From: a bacterium
GTDB lineage: Bacteria > Patescibacteriota > Dojkabacteria > JAKAPS01
Direction: 5' to 3'
Assembly (NCBI GenBank): GCA_021806925.1
Contig: JAKAPS010000002.1
Span: forward strand, 1,751 to 65,750
Length of the DNA: 64,000 nucleotides
Below the pieces are notes generated by a model. The model was not told the DNA's origin and did not search any database. It saw nothing but the letters and a program-made list of their open reading frames with translations. Below are positions 38,749 to 49,086 of this stretch, piece after piece (position 1 is the first letter of the stretch; each line of letters starts with the position of its first letter). The translations under genes were made by a program, and so were the position numbers.

Positions 38749-38816
38749 TAATTATTTAAATTACGTAAGATACATAAACTAATATATTTTAAGTAATCAA
38801 TAATGTGATTTATATA

Positions 38817-41639
38817 CTACAAACTTATATATTCCGCAGTATACGAATTCTTTGCAGATTTGAGTCCTGCTAGGTCTCCTTGATAAATTAACTCCCCTCC
38901 CCCATCTCCTCCATTAGGGCCTAGATCAATGACATAATCTGCACTATTAATAACGTCTGTATTATGTTCAATTAGAACTACAGTATTTCCTTTATCAACA
39001 ATATCTTGAATTATATGCAACAGCTTTTCGATATCCGCAAAGTGTAATCCGGTTGTTGGCTCATCAAGAATATATAGTGTCTTCCCTGTTTGTATTTTTG
39101 AAAGTTCGTTTGAAAGCTTTACTCTTTGTGATTCACCACCAGACAAACTTAATGCACTCTGTCCTAATTTTATATATCCTAGGCCAACTTTACTTAAGGT
39201 ATTTAATTTCCTGTATACAAGCTGGTGATTCTTAAAGAATTCAAGTGCTTCATCAACAGTCATTTCTAGTACATCAAATATATTTTTATCTTTATATCTG
39301 ATTTCTAGTGCCTGTTCGTTATATCTCTTACCATTACATTTATCGCATTTAACATAAACATCTGGAAGGAATTGCATTTCTACTTTTATTTCACCATCAC
39401 CTTTACATGTTTCGCATCTTCCTCCTTTAACATTAAAACTGAACCTTGATGCAGTATATCCTCTAACCTTTGATTCAGGACTTTGTGCAAATATATCCCT
39501 TATTGCGTTGAACGCTCCTGTGTATGTTACAGGGTTTGATCTATGTGTTTTTCCAATTGCAGACTGATCAATCATTATTATCTTGTTTATATTATCAAGT
39601 CCTGATATATTACCTATTCCATCAATTTCAAAATCACTGTCATTAATTTCATTCGCTGCATATTTATATAGGATATCATCAATAAGTGTAGATTTTCCTG
39701 ACCCGCTTACTCCAGTAACAACTGTGAAGCAACCTATTGGTATCTTTACACTGATATGTTTCAGGTTATTCTTGTAAGCATCTTCGATAGAAATATATTT
39801 TTTGTGTATATTTCTTGACTCACCTCTAACAAATCTATTATTAATTTTTAAATATTTTCCAGTGATTGATTTATCGTCATTCAATATGGTTTCAAGGTTT
39901 CCTTCTGAAACAACATTTCCTCCAAAATCACCTGCTCCTGGCCCCATATCTATTATATAGTCACTTGATCTAATTGTTTCTTCATCATGTTCAACTACTA
40001 TCACACTATTATCTAGCTTTTTTAATTCTAATAAAGTGCTAAGCAGTTGCCTATTATCCTTCTGATGGAGTCCTATTGATGGTTCATCTAGTACATACAT
40101 TACTCCACTAAGACCAGTGCCAATTTGAGAAGCTAATCTTATTCTTTGTGCTTCACCTCCTGATAGTGTGTTTGCTTTTCTTGATAATGATAGGTAATCA
40201 AGTCCAACATTAACTAAGAATTTTAGTCTTGACTTTATCTCTTTTAAAATATTTGATGAAATTTGTTTTCTTATATCACTTAAAGAATCATCAGTTTCAT
40301 CGATAAATTTGTATAGAATTTTTATAGAGTAATTTGAAACAGTATCTATATTTTTATTTTGAATTTTTACAGAAAGTGCATTTTTATTTAGTCTTTTACC
40401 TCTACAACTTGGACATAATATCTCGCTAAAATATTGAGAATATTCATTTTGAACTGATTTACTATTATTGTATAGAGTCAATCTCTCTTTGATATATCCT
40501 TCAATACCTGTAAAATTTATACTATATTTTTTCTTAACTTTATCTTTATTTGTGTATGAAAATTCAAGCAGCTCATTTTCTTTTGTTCCGTACATTATTC
40601 GTTCAATATTCTCTTCACTAATTTTGCCTATTTTTTCATTTAATGTGAAGCCATACTTAACTCCAAGAGCCTTTAATTGTGAGAATATCCAATTGTTTGG
40701 ATTAATAATTTTGCTTATGGGGAATATTCCACCTTCAAGTATTGTCAAATTTCTATTAAAGACTTTTGATTGATTCAATCTCCTTATATTACCTAGTCCT
40801 GAGCATGTTTGACACGCTCCTACAGGAGAATTAAAGGAAAAGAGATTTGGTGTAACCTTTGGAAATGATGTTTTACAATTTTTACATGTGTATTTTTCAC
40901 TAAAATAGTAGTCCTTGTTTTCGTTATATTCATAAAGTATTATTTCCCCATCAGATACCTTTGATGCTGTCTCAAGTGAATCATACAATCTAGTTTTTAT
41001 ATCATCATCTACATTATCATCTAATTGTATTCTATCTATAACAACTTCAATATTATGTTTCTTTGATTTTTCAATATCAATATGAGTATCAAGATCATAG
41101 AATATTTTATCAATTCTAATCTTTGTAAATCCTTTCTCTTTCAATTCATTCAATTCTTTTGAGTATTCCCCTATTCTTGATATTGGGGCTAGAATTGCAA
41201 ATTTCCTAATATTTGAGTCAATTATAATCTCACTTATTGTTGAAATTGTTTGGCTCTCAACTATACTATCGCATTTAGTGCAATGAACATCACCAACTTT
41301 AGTGTAAAGTAATCTTAGGTAATCGTAAATTTCTGTTATTGTACCTACTGTTGATCTTGGATTGTGTGAACTTGTTTTTTGGTCAATTGATATGGCTGGT
41401 GATAATCCTTCAATTGAGTCAACATCAGGTTTATCCATCATTCCAAGAAATTGACGTGCATAAGAACTAAGTGATTCAACATATCTTCTTTGTCCTTCTG
41501 CATACAATGTATCAAATGCTAGTGATGATTTTCCAGATCCACTTACTCCTGTAATAACTACAATACTATTCTTTGGAATATCCAAGTTTACATTCTTAAG
41601 GTTATTTACTCTTGCTCCTCTTAACTTGATATAGTCCAT
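38817..41639 (-). CDS. uvrA: Excinuclease ABC subunit A
   Basis: [58 protein letters not shown]; two ABC ATPase modules; multiple CxxC zinc fingers. 940 aa. Confidence 0.95.
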   Translation of the reverse strand: MDYIKLRGARVNNLKNVNLDIPKNSIVVITGVSGSGKSSLAFDTLYAEGQRRYVESLSSYARQFLGMMDKPDVDSIEGLSPAISIDQKTSSHNPRSTVGTITEIYDYLRLLYTKVGDVHCTKCDSIVESQTISTISEIIIDSNIRKFAILAPISRIGEYSKELNELKEKGFTKIRIDKIFYDLDTHIDIEKSKKHNIEVVIDRIQLDDNVDDDIKTRLYDSLETASKVSDGEIILYEYNENKDYYFSEKYTCKNCKTSFPKVTPNLFSFNSPVGACQTCSGLGNIRRLNQSKVFNRNLTILEGGIFPISKIINPNNWIFSQLKALGVKYGFTLNEKIGKISEENIERIMYGTKENELLEFSYTNKDKVKKKYSINFTGIEGYIKERLTLYNNSKSVQNEYSQYFSEILCPSCRGKRLNKNALSVKIQNKNIDTVSNYSIKILYKFIDETDDSLSDIRKQISSNILKEIKSRLKFLVNVGLDYLSLSRKANTLSGGEAQRIRLASQIGTGLSGVMYVLDEPSIGLHQKDNRQLLSTLLELKKLDNSVIVVEHDEETIRSSDYIIDMGPGAGDFGGNVVSEGNLETILNDDKSITGKYLKINNRFVRGESRNIHKKYISIEDAYKNNLKHISVKIPIGCFTVVTGVSGSGKSTLIDDILYKYAANEINDSDFEIDGIGNISGLDNINKIIMIDQSAIGKTHRSNPVTYTGAFNAIRDIFAQSPESKVRGYTASRFSFNVKGGRCETCKGDGEIKVEMQFLPDVYVKCDKCNGKRYNEQALEIRYKDKNIFDVLEMTVDEALEFFKNHQLVYRKLNTLSKVGLGYIKLGQSALSLSGGESQRVKLSNELSKIQTGKTLYILDEPTTGLHFADIEKLLHIIQDIVDKGNTVVLIEHNTDVINSADYVIDLGPNGGDGGGELIYQGDLAGLKSAKNSYTAEYISL

Positions 41640-41673
41640 TAATTGATATTTTAGATTATACCACTAAAACATT

Positions 41674-44600
41674 TCATTTCTCAATGATTAGTTGTATAAA
41701 TCTGGATGTTTTCACTTTTTCTGTAACCCCCCTTATTTTATAGAACCATACATAAAGAATTGGAGTTACAAATAGACTTAATATTCCAGAAACGAGTATC
41801 CCTGAAATTACAACAACACTTAGACCTCTCCATAATGGAGAGATAACTGCAAGAGGTAGAAGGCTACTTAAAGCAGTTATCTTTGTTAGGAAAATAGGTC
41901 TAAATCGTATACCAGTTGAAAGTGAGATTGCCTCTTTAGGACTTAGTCCTTCATTAATTACTTTTTTGTTTGCTAAGTCAATTACAAATATTCCTACATT
42001 TTCTACAATACCTATTAATGTTAGTATTCCTAGCATCTCAAGAAAACCTAGCTGACCGCTATTAAAGAAGTAAAGTGATGGAAATATTCCAATAAACGTT
42101 AGTGGAACTGCAAATACGATTATGAATGGTTGAAGAAAACTTTTGAAGAATAGTACGAAGCATATATATGTTGCAAATAAAGATATAAGTATAGCTATTC
42201 CTAGTTGTGTGAATGATTTTGTTATATCGCTTGCACTGCCTAATTGATTTAATGAATCAGTATTTAAGTTATATTTTTTTAATCTACTACTTGTCCAATA
42301 GCTATATATCTTGTTTTGTATCTGCAATATATTTGCGTTCTTTGTGGTTGCAATATTTACACTTATATATCTTTCACCATTAAAATGAGATATAACTGAA
42401 GAATTAGTTGTAACATTCTGAATAGCTCCAAGGCTATTTAAATTAACATTATAGTTTTTTCCATAATTTAAGCTTATAGAGTTAGGATTTTGAACATTTA
42501 CTGGTATTGAGTTACTTGACTCTAAATACACAGGAATATAGCTATTTAATGTCGTATCTGTAAGGTTTCCCAAGCTCTGAGATTTTGAATATATTGATTG
42601 TAATTCCGATCCGATTATTATTGAATTTTCTGCATTCTGAGAATTTGGTGTGAATTCTAATTGATTTAGGCTACTTGAACTTATATTTACCTTATTAACT
42701 CCATTTAGTTTCAATGCAAGTTCTTTAGTTTTTTCAGCTACATTTGAAATATCATTTAAATTATTTCCGTATATATTAACACTTATTGAATACTCTAAGG
42801 CAGGTGGGCTATCTTGTATTTGAGATATAAATAAATCACCTGTTAAGGTCTTTTGTAATTCCTTAGAATATATATCGTCTGCAAGAGTGTAACTTGTTAT
42901 CGGTATATCTTGTTTAACAGAAATAAATATTGTTGCAGAAGTATCTGTTTGATTAATAAAGTAGTAAGATGAAATGTATGAAGAATTTTTGTTTATACTG
43001 TTTAGTAAATTATTAACATCATTTTGAAGTACTGAGTATTCCGTTCCTTGATTCTCTGTTAGACTCAATTCAATGTACTGACTTGTTGACTGACTTGAAA
43101 ATTGCTCAGGTAGTATTAAATCTTTTGCAAAGAAGAAATATGAAAGTAATAATGGAACTGATAATGCAAGTACAACTATTAATATCTGAAGATATATCTT
43201 TGATAGAATATATCTATTTGTTTTTATAATCCATTTAGAAACATTCCATAAGTTCTCTTCATCTGGACTCACATTTGTTGTATTTTTATATTTTGAATCC
43301 TTTGTGGTATTCTTCCCTTTCATAAATAGGCTTCCAAAATAAGCAAGGAAAATTACAGGTATAAAATATGAAGCTACAAGTGCAGGCAGGACAGTTAAAG
43401 GAATGTAGCTTATTATTTGTCCGAAGAATCCTGTTACAACACCAAATGGGATAAATACTATTATTGATGTGAGTACAGCCATAAATACTCCTCCGCCGAT
43501 ATTTTTTATTGCAGTCTCACCAGCATCAAATCCATTGTATCCTAAATCTTTGTATCTTTGTATTGATTCAAGTACAACAATTGCTGGATCAACAATTAAT
43601 CCAAGTACTAATATAAATGAGAACAGTACAATAGTATTTAGATTTGTATTTGTTAAATACAAGTATATAAGGGAAAAGCTAAATGAAAGAGGTATTGATA
43701 AAAATCCGATTAATGCTGTTCTTACATTTATGAATAATAACAGAGCGAGTATAAGTAGCCAAAGACCGCCAAATATCCACCCTATCCAACCCCATGATTT
43801 TAGTTGAGAAATATTTCCACCAATTGCACTTGATACAACTTCTGATATCTGCGATTTTGTTGATGAAGCTTCATTGTATACATTCTTGATTATTAAATTA
43901 TTTGGTAATTGATTTGTACTATACAGATTATTAATTGTATTGTTTAATTCATTCTCTACAGTTAATATATTCTGACTGCTGGATATAGTTACTCCATAAA
44001 TTAATGCTTGGTCTGTTATGAATTTACCGTTATTAATTACACCGACTGTATTAAATGATTGTGATGCGTTATACCCTTCTGTAGCAGTTGCGACTTGGGA
44101 TAACTTTACATATGAATTTGTTTTAGCAGAGAATATTTGAATATTTTCAATGTCAGAAATGCTTCTTACACTTGGCATAACAACAAAATTACTTTTACTT
44201 GAATTCTCATATATACTACCTACTGGAATTTCTGTTAGTGATGCACTTATAACACTGCTGAGTTGGGACTGTGTTAATCCATAGTTATTTAATTCGTCCT
44301 GGTTATATTGTACTGTAACATGAGGAGATATATCTGATTCAAGAGATATGTTTTCAACTCCATTAATGTTTTGAATACTTGTAGATAATGTGTTCCCGTA
44401 GTTTAGTAAATTATCATAACTAAAGTTTCGATTATTATTTCCATTCTTAAGAATTGCAAATACAAATTGATTTCCGCTTGTTTGAGGTATAAACACAATT
44501 GGTTTATTTGCTCCATTTGGTAACTCTACAGTATTAATAAGATTTTCAATACTTGATACTGAGGTTTCTGTATTTGCATTTGTTCTAAGTAATATATTTA

Positions 44601-44892
44601 TTGATGATACACCACTATATGAATTTGATGTATATTGATTTATATATGATTGTCCTTTGATTGCATTCTCAAGTTTATCTGTTAATGTTGATTCAACTTC
44701 AAGAGGGCTTGCACCAGGAAAAGTTGTAGTGATTACAACTTCATTTATATTAATATTGGGGAAACCAGATGGCTTCAAAAGAAAACTCAAAAGAATTCCA
44801 GATGTTATTAATGTTACTAACCCTAGGATAACTAGATAGTGGTTATTTTTGAATAATCTAAACAGCCATAAATTGAAATTGAATTTTTCCAT
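41674..44892 (-). CDS. RND-superfamily efflux transporter permease (AcrB/HAE-like)
   Basis: 12-TM architecture with two large (about 330 aa) extracytoplasmic loops. The N-terminus ...NININEVVITTTFPGASPLEVESTLTDKLENAI matches the AcrB start (YPGAS..VE..VT..IE). 1072 aa. Confidence 0.8.
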   Translation of the reverse strand: MEKFNFNLWLFRLFKNNHYLVILGLVTLITSGILLSFLLKPSGFPNININEVVITTTFPGASPLEVESTLTDKLENAIKGQSYINQYTSNSYSGVSSINILLRTNANTETSVSSIENLINTVELPNGANKPIVFIPQTSGNQFVFAILKNGNNNRNFSYDNLLNYGNTLSTSIQNINGVENISLESDISPHVTVQYNQDELNNYGLTQSQLSSVISASLTEIPVGSIYENSSKSNFVVMPSVRSISDIENIQIFSAKTNSYVKLSQVATATEGYNASQSFNTVGVINNGKFITDQALIYGVTISSSQNILTVENELNNTINNLYSTNQLPNNLIIKNVYNEASSTKSQISEVVSSAIGGNISQLKSWGWIGWIFGGLWLLILALLLFINVRTALIGFLSIPLSFSFSLIYLYLTNTNLNTIVLFSFILVLGLIVDPAIVVLESIQRYKDLGYNGFDAGETAIKNIGGGVFMAVLTSIIVFIPFGVVTGFFGQIISYIPLTVLPALVASYFIPVIFLAYFGSLFMKGKNTTKDSKYKNTTNVSPDEENLWNVSKWIIKTNRYILSKIYLQILIVVLALSVPLLLSYFFFAKDLILPEQFSSQSTSQYIELSLTENQGTEYSVLQNDVNNLLNSINKNSSYISSYYFINQTDTSATIFISVKQDIPITSYTLADDIYSKELQKTLTGDLFISQIQDSPPALEYSISVNIYGNNLNDISNVAEKTKELALKLNGVNKVNISSSSLNQLEFTPNSQNAENSIIIGSELQSIYSKSQSLGNLTDTTLNSYIPVYLESSNSIPVNVQNPNSISLNYGKNYNVNLNSLGAIQNVTTNSSVISHFNGERYISVNIATTKNANILQIQNKIYSYWTSSRLKKYNLNTDSLNQLGSASDITKSFTQLGIAILISLFATYICFVLFFKSFLQPFIIVFAVPLTFIGIFPSLYFFNSGQLGFLEMLGILTLIGIVENVGIFVIDLANKKVINEGLSPKEAISLSTGIRFRPIFLTKITALSSLLPLAVISPLWRGLSVVVISGILVSGILSLFVTPILYVWFYKIRGVTEKVKTSRFIQLIIEK

Positions 44893-44926
44893 TATTAAAT
44901 ATTACATATTATTTAAATATATTTTT

Positions 44927-45769
44927 CTAATTATAAAAATAGGTGCTAAAATCAGTTCTGAATTTTCCTATATCATTTCTCAATGACATTATATCATTGT
45001 TGTTTTTGGAAAATAAACTTTGTATATTTGAAAAGTTTCTATTTCCAGAATTTGTAAATTGTATTGTATTTACGTCTCCAGTAAGATTTATTAAATCAGT
45101 ATCGAATGTTGTTAAGTCATTGTTATATTTCTCTAAATCATTATTAAGTATTAATATATCTGCTGCATTACTTTTTATTGTAGATGTGGTATTTTCTGTC
45201 TTCAAATACATAATAATATCACTCATGTTTGTAGCATTACTATTAAATATATTTGATGAGTTATTTAGAAAATCTATCCTATAAAGCATATGAATTTTTG
45301 GAATTTCAATTTCATTTATATAGTAATCTGTGACTATATTTTTCACTAGTGGAAGTAGTGAATTATCTATTTCAGAGTTGTCAGATACAGAAAGTGATTG
45401 TATCTTATTATTTAATGCTTCTAAATTTGTTATGTCACTTTGAAGTTGTGATATTAGAGGTGAAGTCATTGTAGTATCATCATTTAGTAAGTTTGAAGAA
45501 TTAATGTATGAAATTAAAGAATTTAGGTTATTTGTTCTTTCAGTAACTAGTGTGCTTGCAGTTTCCTTTATTTTTTCTTCCCGAATATTAGTTGAATTAT
45601 TATTTGCCACACTATTTGTAATTGGTGTACTCTGTATTCCACTATTTGCATGAACAAAGAAATATGCAGAAAACAATCTGGATAATATAAATGGGAATGA
45701 AATAAGGAAAATTGAAATGGCAATGAATACTGAAAAGGATAATATTGATTTTGATATTTTCTTTTTCAT
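44927..45769 (-). CDS. Hypothetical N/S-rich protein with N-terminal TM anchor
   Basis: TM ILSFSVFIAISIFLISFPFIL, then 250 aa of low-complexity, coiled-coil-like N/S/T/L-rich sequence. Its start overlaps the stop of the upstream gene by 4 nt. Confidence 0.4.
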   Translation of the reverse strand: MKKKISKSILSFSVFIAISIFLISFPFILSRLFSAYFFVHANSGIQSTPITNSVANNNSTNIREEKIKETASTLVTERTNNLNSLISYINSSNLLNDDTTMTSPLISQLQSDITNLEALNNKIQSLSVSDNSEIDNSLLPLVKNIVTDYYINEIEIPKIHMLYRIDFLNNSSNIFNSNATNMSDIIMYLKTENTTSTIKSNAADILILNNDLEKYNNDLTTFDTDLINLTGDVNTIQFTNSGNRNFSNIQSLFSKNNNDIMSLRNDIGKFRTDFSTYFYN

Positions 45770-46200
45770 AGATTATTTATATTTTGAAGTGTGTTTGATG
45801 AATTTAATGATGAGGTAAAATTCTGATTCAAATTTGACAAGTCAGAATTACTTTGATTGTATATCTCTTCACTTGATGAATACATTATATTAAGAGTGTT
45901 TAATGCTCCTACAATTGTCGAAGGCTCCATTGGATTTAATAAAACACTTGTTTGTACTTGTGTCTGAGTTATTACAGATGTTTTATTATTCTTAATTACT
46001 TTTCTTTCATTAGTGATATAGTGTAGAATAAAAAGAGCACAAACAATTACAGCTGCACCAAAAACTATTACAAGAACAGATACAGTAATTGCGTTATTAC
46101 TGTTTTTTAATGGAATTACATCATCCTGTTCAGGTTGTTCATCTGTTAATGATAACTCCCCTATCGTTTTATCTTGTAAATTATTATTGTCTTCAATCAT
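45766..46200 (-). CDS. Hypothetical single-TM protein
   Basis: Acidic N-terminus, TM VSVLVIVFGAAVIVCALFILHYI, S/N/T-rich C-terminus. 144 aa. Confidence 0.4.
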   Translation of the reverse strand: MIEDNNNLQDKTIGELSLTDEQPEQDDVIPLKNSNNAITVSVLVIVFGAAVIVCALFILHYITNERKVIKNNKTSVITQTQVQTSVLLNPMEPSTIVGALNTLNIMYSSSEEIYNQSNSDLSNLNQNFTSSLNSSNTLQNINNL

Positions 46201-46368
46201 TGAACTCTATACAACTCTAGTATTACATAGAGTGTTTGATGGTGTCAAAAAGATGTTTCTTTTGAGAGACTTATAACTCATTATTGTGATCACAAATTGC
46301 TTTATTCAATTTGTCGCAGAATTCTAAGTAATGCTCTTGGTTATTGTCTAAATTTATGTAAAAAGATA

Positions 46369-46860
46369 TTAAGGAAGTTCAGCAAATGACTTTTTACATT
46401 TGAAATGTGAAAATAAATAGCTCATAGCATGCGAATCATTTTTGCTACTACCATTAATTGAAATGACAAATAGATTTTTTAATTGTTTATCTGAAAAATT
46501 ACACATTGAAGAAAAAATATTACATATATAATTCTTTCCTTTTGGGCAATGAAATATTAAAGATGATCCGTCTTTAAATTTCTTTTCATAGTACCAAAGT
46601 TCATTATTATCGTTTGAAACATTAAAGGTTGAGCATTTCTCATTTATATCTACATTTCTGAATGTATGAAGAATTAATGTTTCATTGTTAAATAAAGTAA
46701 ATACACTTGGTCTTCCAGTCAAGAATATGAATTTATTGTCTGTTTCTAATTCTTCACTATAATTAATTTTAAGGGCAATTACAGGTTTAAATAGGTCTTC
46801 CCATTTCTCCTTAACTTTATGAAGTAATTCATTTTGTGAATGTTTGTTTTCCACCGCCAT
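46369..46860 (-). CDS. Hypothetical soluble Cys-containing protein
   Basis: 163 aa, no TM or signal. Six Cys (CSTF, HCPKGKNYIC, SSMC, KCKK). No recognisable motif. Confidence 0.3.
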   Translation of the reverse strand: MAVENKHSQNELLHKVKEKWEDLFKPVIALKINYSEELETDNKFIFLTGRPSVFTLFNNETLILHTFRNVDINEKCSTFNVSNDNNELWYYEKKFKDGSSLIFHCPKGKNYICNIFSSMCNFSDKQLKNLFVISINGSSKNDSHAMSYLFSHFKCKKSFAELP

Positions 46861-46919
46861 AATATTAGCTTGGATCTTAACGTTTTTTTTATTCTATGTC
46901 AAGTACTCAAATAATGGTT

Positions 46920-48053
46920 TCAATTAATCCATGTAATTCTGGATATTGAGGATAGATTTGAAAGGTTTGTAATAAATCGTGTTCCACTGATTACAGGAAT
47001 TGGATTACCGTTATTATCGACTGATATTCTGAAATTAGCTATTGCAATATTAAAATAACCATTCTGATCTGCTTTTATCCATGCCACTTCACTTTCATCA
47101 GGTGAAAATATTGGCATAGCATCAACAGCATTCTTATCAACAAGTATTTTGTTATTGAATTCTGATGTAAATTCAGCCTCATAATTTGAATCATTAAGAT
47201 TATTAATGTTGAATGGCATTATATATATACTAGTTGTTGAATTTGAAATTGAGTTTGTGTCTCTTTCTGCAAATATAATGTACTTACCGTCAGGTGAAAA
47301 TGATGGATTTAATATTCCACTTCCTTCAGGAGTAATGCTTACTGTATTTCCTGTGAGTGAATCATACAATACTAAATGAGAAAGTGGCTGAGGTGTATTG
47401 TTAAGATATGTATATCTACAGTAAAGTATATATCTGTTTGTTCCGTCAGGATAATATATTGGGTCTTGATCTCCTCCTGTGTATGGGTTAGGGTTGGATA
47501 TCTTTGTTCCAATTGATTTATATGTATTATTAGAAGGGATTTTGTATACGCCTAAATCAAATACTCCGTTTATAAATTTACCTGCATCTGAGAGATATAG
47601 GATGTTATTGTTATATTCATATGGATCAAAAGCCCATAAATTGTTGTCAAATACACTTGAAGAATTATTAGTTATCTGTGTTTCACTTCCAGTATTCAAA
47701 TTTAATGAAAAAAGGTCAGAATAATTTGTGTACTTTTTTACTATGATTGCCTGACTGCTAGAATATACAAATGATTGATATATATCCCCTACTGAAGTTA
47801 TTTCTTTAGTCTGGTCTCCTGAAATCTTGTATATATCACCATTGTTAAGAATATATATGCTTCCATTTATTGAATATGGTTGTATTGAATATGTAATCTT
47901 TGGAACTCCTATTTTAAAGAATTTATATAGTTTATATCCTAAAATCCCTATTGTTGAAATAATAGCGAGTAATATAACTATGAGAGTAGCGCGTAATATA
48001 ACTTTGATATAATTACGTTTTTTTTCTGTCCTTGGGTAGTTAGTTACTTCCAT
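46920..48053 (-). CDS. Membrane-anchored beta-propeller protein with PD40/TolB-like repeats
   Basis: N-terminal TM (ILRATLIVILLAIISTIGILGY); repeats containing SFSPDGKYIIFAERD and IFSPDESEVAWIKAD (PD40 signature). 377 aa. Overlaps the LCP gene by 14 nt. Confidence 0.5.
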   Translation of the reverse strand: MEVTNYPRTEKKRNYIKVILRATLIVILLAIISTIGILGYKLYKFFKIGVPKITYSIQPYSINGSIYILNNGDIYKISGDQTKEITSVGDIYQSFVYSSSQAIIVKKYTNYSDLFSLNLNTGSETQITNNSSSVFDNNLWAFDPYEYNNNILYLSDAGKFINGVFDLGVYKIPSNNTYKSIGTKISNPNPYTGGDQDPIYYPDGTNRYILYCRYTYLNNTPQPLSHLVLYDSLTGNTVSITPEGSGILNPSFSPDGKYIIFAERDTNSISNSTTSIYIMPFNINNLNDSNYEAEFTSEFNNKILVDKNAVDAMPIFSPDESEVAWIKADQNGYFNIAIANFRISVDNNGNPIPVISGTRFITNLSNLSSISRITWIN

Positions 48054-49086
48054 ATATTTGACTAAATATTGAATTTATAGCCTGCATATTAGGATATACA
48101 ACATCTTGTTGTCCATTTGGGCTTACACCATCTGAAGAATATGTAGGAGGTGATAGAATTACTTTCTCTATACTGTACTGCTTTATATTTGCTAAAACTG
48201 GTAATAAGCCAGTTATTTCCTGAACTGTCATATCAGTTCTAACATACCCATTAAGATCATTTGCTATTTCAGGAATTTTTGAGATTAAATTAAAATCCTG
48301 TATTTTTTTCTCTAAAGTTAATAGAACCTGTTGTTGCCTTGCACTTCTTCCAAAGTCACCAAGTAAATCACCATGTCTCGATCGAACATATTCTAGTGCA
48401 GTTATTCCATCCAGGTGTTGAAGGCCTGCAGGTATATATAGCCTAATTGATGAATATGGATTTGAACCTGATATATCATTAGGGTAATTATAGTCAACTA
48501 CTGGATGATTTACATCAATGTTTATACCACCGAAAGTATCAATAACTTTTACAAAACCTGTTAACCCTACCCATGCATAATTATCTATTTTTATGTTAAA
48601 GTCACTTTCAATAGTTGATATAGTTAAGCCAAATCCACCATAACCACTCACTTCATCAAGTTTTGCATATCCACCAGATACACCATTAACAGGTATCCAG
48701 AAATCACGTGGCATTGATACAAGATATATTTTCTTTGTTGTATTGTTTAGAATAACAAGTATGTCAGTTTGAGTTAGTACATTATTTGGATCAAATTTAG
48801 CATCATTATCACTACCTAGAAGAAGAATAGTTTCAATATTATTTCCTGAATACTTATAGCTTTGGTTATTTGTTAATTTTGTGCTAACAGATTTGTTTGT
48901 AAATGATAGGAATATATATGTTGCATATATATAACTTCTGTAATAGTATCCTAAGATAGCAATAATTAATAAAGGAAGAAGAAATATAAATATACAGCCT
49001 AAATAATTTGTTCTTTTCTTTTTCCAATACCCTATCCTTTTATGCGAATCTACTTTTTCATTTATTGAATCAATATTTACAATCAT
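48040..49086 (-). CDS. LytR-CpsA-Psr (LCP) family cell-wall glycopolymer phosphotransferase
   Basis: N-terminal TM; ILLLGSDNDAKFDPNNVLTQTDILVILNNTTKKIYLVSMPRDFWIPV...GYAKLDEV; VKVIDTFGGINIDV; LCP core motifs present. 348 aa. The start overlaps the uvrB stop as ATGA. Confidence 0.8.
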   Translation of the reverse strand: MIVNIDSINEKVDSHKRIGYWKKKRTNYLGCIFIFLLPLLIIAILGYYYRSYIYATYIFLSFTNKSVSTKLTNNQSYKYSGNNIETILLLGSDNDAKFDPNNVLTQTDILVILNNTTKKIYLVSMPRDFWIPVNGVSGGYAKLDEVSGYGGFGLTISTIESDFNIKIDNYAWVGLTGFVKVIDTFGGINIDVNHPVVDYNYPNDISGSNPYSSIRLYIPAGLQHLDGITALEYVRSRHGDLLGDFGRSARQQQVLLTLEKKIQDFNLISKIPEIANDLNGYVRTDMTVQEITGLLPVLANIKQYSIEKVILSPPTYSSDGVSPNGQQDVVYPNMQAINSIFSQIYGSN